Positions 60,807-64,000 of a stretch of 64,000 nt of DNA are shown piece after piece. Below the pieces are notes generated by a model, which was not told the DNA's origin, ran no database searches, and saw nothing but the letters and a program-made list of their open reading frames with translations. The translations under genes and the position numbers were made by a program. Numbering within the stretch: the first letter of the stretch is position 1; each line of letters opens with the position of its first letter. The stretch is taken from the NCBI GenBank assembly GCA_029569255.1, contig JAKQUO010000028.1, positions 1,335-65,334 on the forward strand, read 5' to 3'. The DNA comes from Acidobacteriota bacterium. GTDB lineage: Bacteria > Acidobacteriota > Aminicenantia > Aminicenantales > Saccharicenantaceae.

Positions 60807-62216
60807 ATGGGCGGACTGTTCGGCGTCGTCGGCGAGGGCGATATCGTCGAGGACCTGTACTACGGCACCGATTACCACTCGCACCTGGGGACGAAGCGGG
60901 GCGGCCTGGCCGTCGGCAACGGCCCGGGCATCGTCCGCTACATCCACAACATCGAGAACGCCCAGTTCCGGTCGAAGTTCGGCGACGACGTCGTCAAGCT
61001 CCGCGGCTCCCGGGGCATCGGCGTCATCAGCGATTTCGAGGACCAGCCGCTCCTCATCCGCTCCCACCTCGGCAGCTACGCGATCGCCACGGTCGGGGTC
61101 ATCAAGAACATCGACGCGCTGGTCGAGCGGGCCTTCAAGGGCAAGTGCCTCCACTTCGCCGAGATGCGGGGCGGCGAGATCAATCCGACCGAGCTCGTCG
61201 CGGCCGTGATCGACCGCGAGGACTCCTTCGAGGACGGCATCCGCTCGGCCTGGGAGCTCATCCGGGGCTCGTCGTCCATCCTCATCCTGACCGAGGACGG
61301 CGTCCTGGCCGCCCGCGACAAGTACGGCCGGTCGCCCCTCGTCATCGGCGCGAAGCCGGGCGCGGTCGCCGTCACCCTCGAGACCTGCGCCTTCCCCAAC
61401 CTCGGTTTCAGGGTCGAGCGCTACCTCGGCCCGGGCGAGATCGTCCGCCTGACCCCCGAGGGCGCCGAAACGGTCGTCCCGCCGGCGAAGAAGCTCCAGA
61501 TCTGCGCGTTCCTCTGGGTCTATTACGGCTACCCGGCCTCGAGCTACGAGGGCATCAACGTCGAGACGGTCCGCAACCGCTGCGGCGAGTCCCTGGCCCG
61601 GAACGACGACGTCAGGATCATCGACCTCGTGGCCGGGATACCCGATTCCGGCATCGGGCACGGCCTGGGCTACGCCGGCCAGGCCGGCATCCCTTTCCGC
61701 CGCCCCTTCGTCAAGTACACGCCGACCTGGGCCCGGAGCTTCATGCCCCTGAGCCAGGAGGTCCGCGACCACGTCGCCCGGATGAAGCTCATCCCCATCC
61801 GGGAGCTCATCCAAGGCAAGAGGCTCCTGTTCTGCGAGGACTCGATCGTCCGCGGCACCCAGCTCAAGGACACCATCCAGCGTCTCTACGAGTTCGGGGC
61901 GGTCGAGGTCCACATGCGGCCGGCCTGCCCTCCCCTCGTCTACGGCTGCAAGTACCTCAACTTCTCGCGCGCCCGCTCCGAACTCGACCTGGCCGCCCGC
62001 AAGGCCATCGCGGCGCTCGAGGGGCCGGAGCCCAAGAACGTCGCCGAGTACGTCCGGGCCGGCTCGGAGAGATACGAGGCCATGGTCGCCTGGATCGCCC
62101 AAAAGCTCGGCCTGACCTCCCTTCGCTACCAGAAGCTCGAGGACCTGGTCGCGGCCATCGGCCTGCCCAAGGAGAAGCTCTGCACCTACTGCTGGGACGG
62201 CGTCGGGACCGACTAG
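60807..62216 (+). CDS. Amidophosphoribosyltransferase (PurF)-family protein lacking the N-terminal Cys nucleophile
   Basis: Starts MGGLFGVVGEG (canonical PurF is MCGIVGI). GGAGG RBS 6 nt upstream. Ntn-glutaminase-like domain plus C-terminal PRTase domain (DSIVRGTQ PRPP loop). Confidence 0.75.
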   Translation: MGGLFGVVGEGDIVEDLYYGTDYHSHLGTKRGGLAVGNGPGIVRYIHNIENAQFRSKFGDDVVKLRGSRGIGVISDFEDQPLLIRSHLGSYAIATVGVIKNIDALVERAFKGKCLHFAEMRGGEINPTELVAAVIDREDSFEDGIRSAWELIRGSSSILILTEDGVLAARDKYGRSPLVIGAKPGAVAVTLETCAFPNLGFRVERYLGPGEIVRLTPEGAETVVPPAKKLQICAFLWVYYGYPASSYEGINVETVRNRCGESLARNDDVRIIDLVAGIPDSGIGHGLGYAGQAGIPFRRPFVKYTPTWARSFMPLSQEVRDHVARMKLIPIRELIQGKRLLFCEDSIVRGTQLKDTIQRLYEFGAVEVHMRPACPPLVYGCKYLNFSRARSELDLAARKAIAALEGPEPKNVAEYVRAGSERYEAMVAWIAQKLGLTSLRYQKLEDLVAAIGLPKEKLCTYCWDGVGTD

Positions 62217-62279
62217 GGATCAAGAGACCGGACAAAGGCCGAAGGCCTTATCTATCGAAAGGGGAAATCCGGGTTCGTG

Positions 62280-62356
<77 letters not shown>

Positions 62357-62367
62357 GTACTTGCGTC

Positions 62368-62395
62368 ATTATAGCAAATGACGCCGGATTGTCAA
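62368..62395 (-). promoter_or_regulatory. Consensus sigma-70 promoter for the tRNA-fMet gene
   Basis: On the minus strand: TTGACA, 16-nt spacer, TATAAT, then 7 nt to the tRNA 5' end. Confidence 0.6.
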
Positions 62396-62523
62396 CCCGG
62401 CCGGCGGTTCCTTTCCGGGTTCGGCCCGGCGCCGGCAAAGACGCGGGAAGCCGCGGTCGGGGCATCGCTCTTCAACGGCTTGACAACACCCCCGGGGAAA
62501 ACTCAATATAGGGTCGAAAAACC

Positions 62524-63015
62524 ATGGCCTGGGCCGTTTTCATCGTCCTGTCCGTCCTGTGCGTCGGCGCTGTCGCGGCCATGATCGTCTCCCGGAACCA
62601 GGCCCACAACGCCCTCTTCCTCGTCCTCGCCTTCGCCTCGCTCGGCGGGCTCTTCGGCCTTTTAGACGCCCCGTTCGCGGCGGCCGTCCAGGTCCTCGTC
62701 TACGCCGGGGCCATCATGGTCCTGTTCCTGTTCGCCATCATGATGTTCAACCTGCGCCGGCCGGCGCCGCGGGAGAAAAAAACGCTCCGGGCCGCCCTCG
62801 CGGCGGGCCTCGGGACCGTCCTTTTCGTCGAACTTGTCCTCGCGGCCCGCAAGGCCCTGGCCGGGAGCGTCCCGACCGGCGCCCCGGGCGGGATCGAGGG
62901 CCTGGGCCGGCTCCTCTTCACCGACTATCTCTACGCCTTCGAGATCACGTCCCTTCTCATCCTCGCCGCCCTCGTCGGCGCCCTGGCCCTTGCCGGGAAG
63001 AAAGAGGACGCTTGA
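62524..63015 (+). CDS. nuoJ: NADH-quinone oxidoreductase subunit J
   Basis: 163 aa, 5 TM helices, typical NuoJ/ND6 hydrophobic profile. Confidence 0.8.
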   Translation: MAWAVFIVLSVLCVGAVAAMIVSRNQAHNALFLVLAFASLGGLFGLLDAPFAAAVQVLVYAGAIMVLFLFAIMMFNLRRPAPREKKTLRAALAAGLGTVLFVELVLAARKALAGSVPTGAPGGIEGLGRLLFTDYLYAFEITSLLILAALVGALALAGKKEDA

Positions 63016-63314
63016 TCCCGCCGCCGGCCTTCCTCTTCCTGGCCGTCCTTCTCTTCGGCCTCGGGGTCCTGGCCTTTTTCGTCAAGAAGGACCTGCTCAC
63101 GCAATTCATGGCCGTCGAGATCATGCTCAACGCCGGGAACCTGGCTTTCCTGTCCCTGGCCAAGGCCTTCGGCCGAGCCGAAGGGCAGGCCCTCGTGCTT
63201 TTCGTCATCACGGTCGCCGCGGCCGAGGCCGTCGTCGGGCTGGCCATCATCGTCGTCGTCTTCCGCCAGCGCCGTTCCCTCCGGACCGACGAGCTCAAGG
63301 ACCTGAAGGGCTGA
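63012..63314 (+). CDS. nuoK: NADH-quinone oxidoreductase subunit K
   Basis: 100 aa, 3 TM helices, conserved ...VEIMLNAGNLAFL...AAEAVVGLAI. TTG start overlapping the nuoJ stop (TTGA). Confidence 0.8.
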   Translation: MIPPPAFLFLAVLLFGLGVLAFFVKKDLLTQFMAVEIMLNAGNLAFLSLAKAFGRAEGQALVLFVITVAAAEAVVGLAIIVVVFRQRRSLRTDELKDLKG

Positions 63315-63315
63315 C

Positions 63316-64000
63316 ATGGCCGAGGCGTTCTGGCTCATCCCGCTCATCCCCGGCGCGGGCGCGCTCGTCCTGCTTCTTTTCGGGTCCAGGATGCCCCGGC
63401 GCTGGGTCTCGTGGCAGTCCACGCTCGCCGTCCTGGCCTCGTTCGTTCTCTCGGCCGCCGGCTTCGCGCGCCTCGTACGGGCCGGGCCGGACGCTCCGGC
63501 CCTGGCCAAGACGCTCCTACCGTGGATCGCCAGCGGCTCGTTCGTCGCCGAATTCGCCTTCTCCTTCGACCGGCTCTCGGCCGTCATGGCCCTCGTCGTC
63601 ACGGGCGTCGGCCTGCTCATCCACGTCTATTCGGTCGGCTACATGGCCGGGGACAAGGCCTACGCCCGTTATTTCGCCTACCTCAACCTGTTCATGTTCT
63701 TCATGCTCGTCCTGGTCACGGCCTCGGACATCGTCCTGATGTTCATCGGCTGGGAGGGCGTCGGGCTCTGCTCCTACCTTCTCATCGGCTTCTGGTTCGA
63801 CCGGCCGGCCGCGGCCAAGGCCGGCCTGAAAGCCTTCGTCGTCAACCGTGTCGGCGACGCGGCCTTCATCGTCGGCCTGCTCTTCCTCCTCACGGCGGTC
63901 GGGGACCCGAGCTTCGCCGCGATCAACGCCGCCCCCGCGGCCGGCCTCGTCGGGCCGGGCCTCGCCACCCTCGCCGCCGTCCTGCTCTTCGTCGGGGCGA
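63316..64000 (+). CDS. nuoL: NADH-quinone oxidoreductase subunit L; 3' end beyond the right window edge
   Basis: Hand translation MAEAFWLIPLIPGAGALVLLLFG...SGSFVAEFAFSFDRLSAVMALVVTGVGLLIHVYSVGYMAGD...FIGWEGVGLCSYLLIGFW. Not in the ORF track because it runs off the edge. Confidence 0.85.
   Translation, partial: MAEAFWLIPLIPGAGALVLLLFGSRMPRRWVSWQSTLAVLASFVLSAAGFARLVRAGPDAPALAKTLLPWIASGSFVAEFAFSFDRLSAVMALVVTGVGLLIHVYSVGYMAGDKAYARYFAYLNLFMFFMLVLVTASDIVLMFIGWEGVGLCSYLLIGFWFDRPAAAKAGLKAFVVNRVGDAAFIVGLLFLLTAVGDPSFAAINAAPAAGLVGPGLATLAAVLLFVGA

Overview
The window is a gene-dense, high-GC (~70%) segment of a bacterial chromosome. Almost every long ORF antisense to a real gene is an Arg/Gly/Pro-rich GC artefact. 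I support 58 protein-coding genes (two run off the window edges: parA on the left, nuoL on the right), one initiator tRNA-fMet with a consensus sigma-70 promoter, and a dispersed ~130-150 bp intergenic repeat present in 3 copies. Many adjacent genes overlap by 4 nt (ATGA/TTGA), which points to translational coupling. Several promoters are extended -10 boxes (TGnTA(A/G)AAT) placed 7-20 nt before the start codon, so the mRNAs look leaderless or short-leader.

The most interesting system is a translationally coupled cassette. It runs: APC-family permease, RACo-type reductive activator, stand-alone homocysteine-S-methyltransferase-domain (MetH-N-terminal-type) protein, corrinoid-binding protein, non-pyrrolysine MttB-family methyltransferase. 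This reads as a split, substrate-driven cobalamin-dependent methionine synthase in which a methylated amine, not methyl-THF, would be the methyl donor.

Other points:
- A split PurH (AICAR-transformylase-only protein plus archaeal-type PurO IMP cyclohydrolase) heads a long GH57-type glycogen operon that also contains a GAF sensor kinase and a receiver protein.
- A PurF homologue has Gly in place of the catalytic Cys1.
- Two secreted M16 homologues both lack the HxxEH zinc motif and are translationally coupled to a bifunctional FtcD.
- An RfaH-like NusG paralogue sits at the 3' end of a peptidase/C-N hydrolase operon.
- A 755-bp intergenic region next to parA carries two TGTCGGC..GCCGACA palindromes.

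No CRISPR array, transposase, integrase or obvious defence genes were seen.
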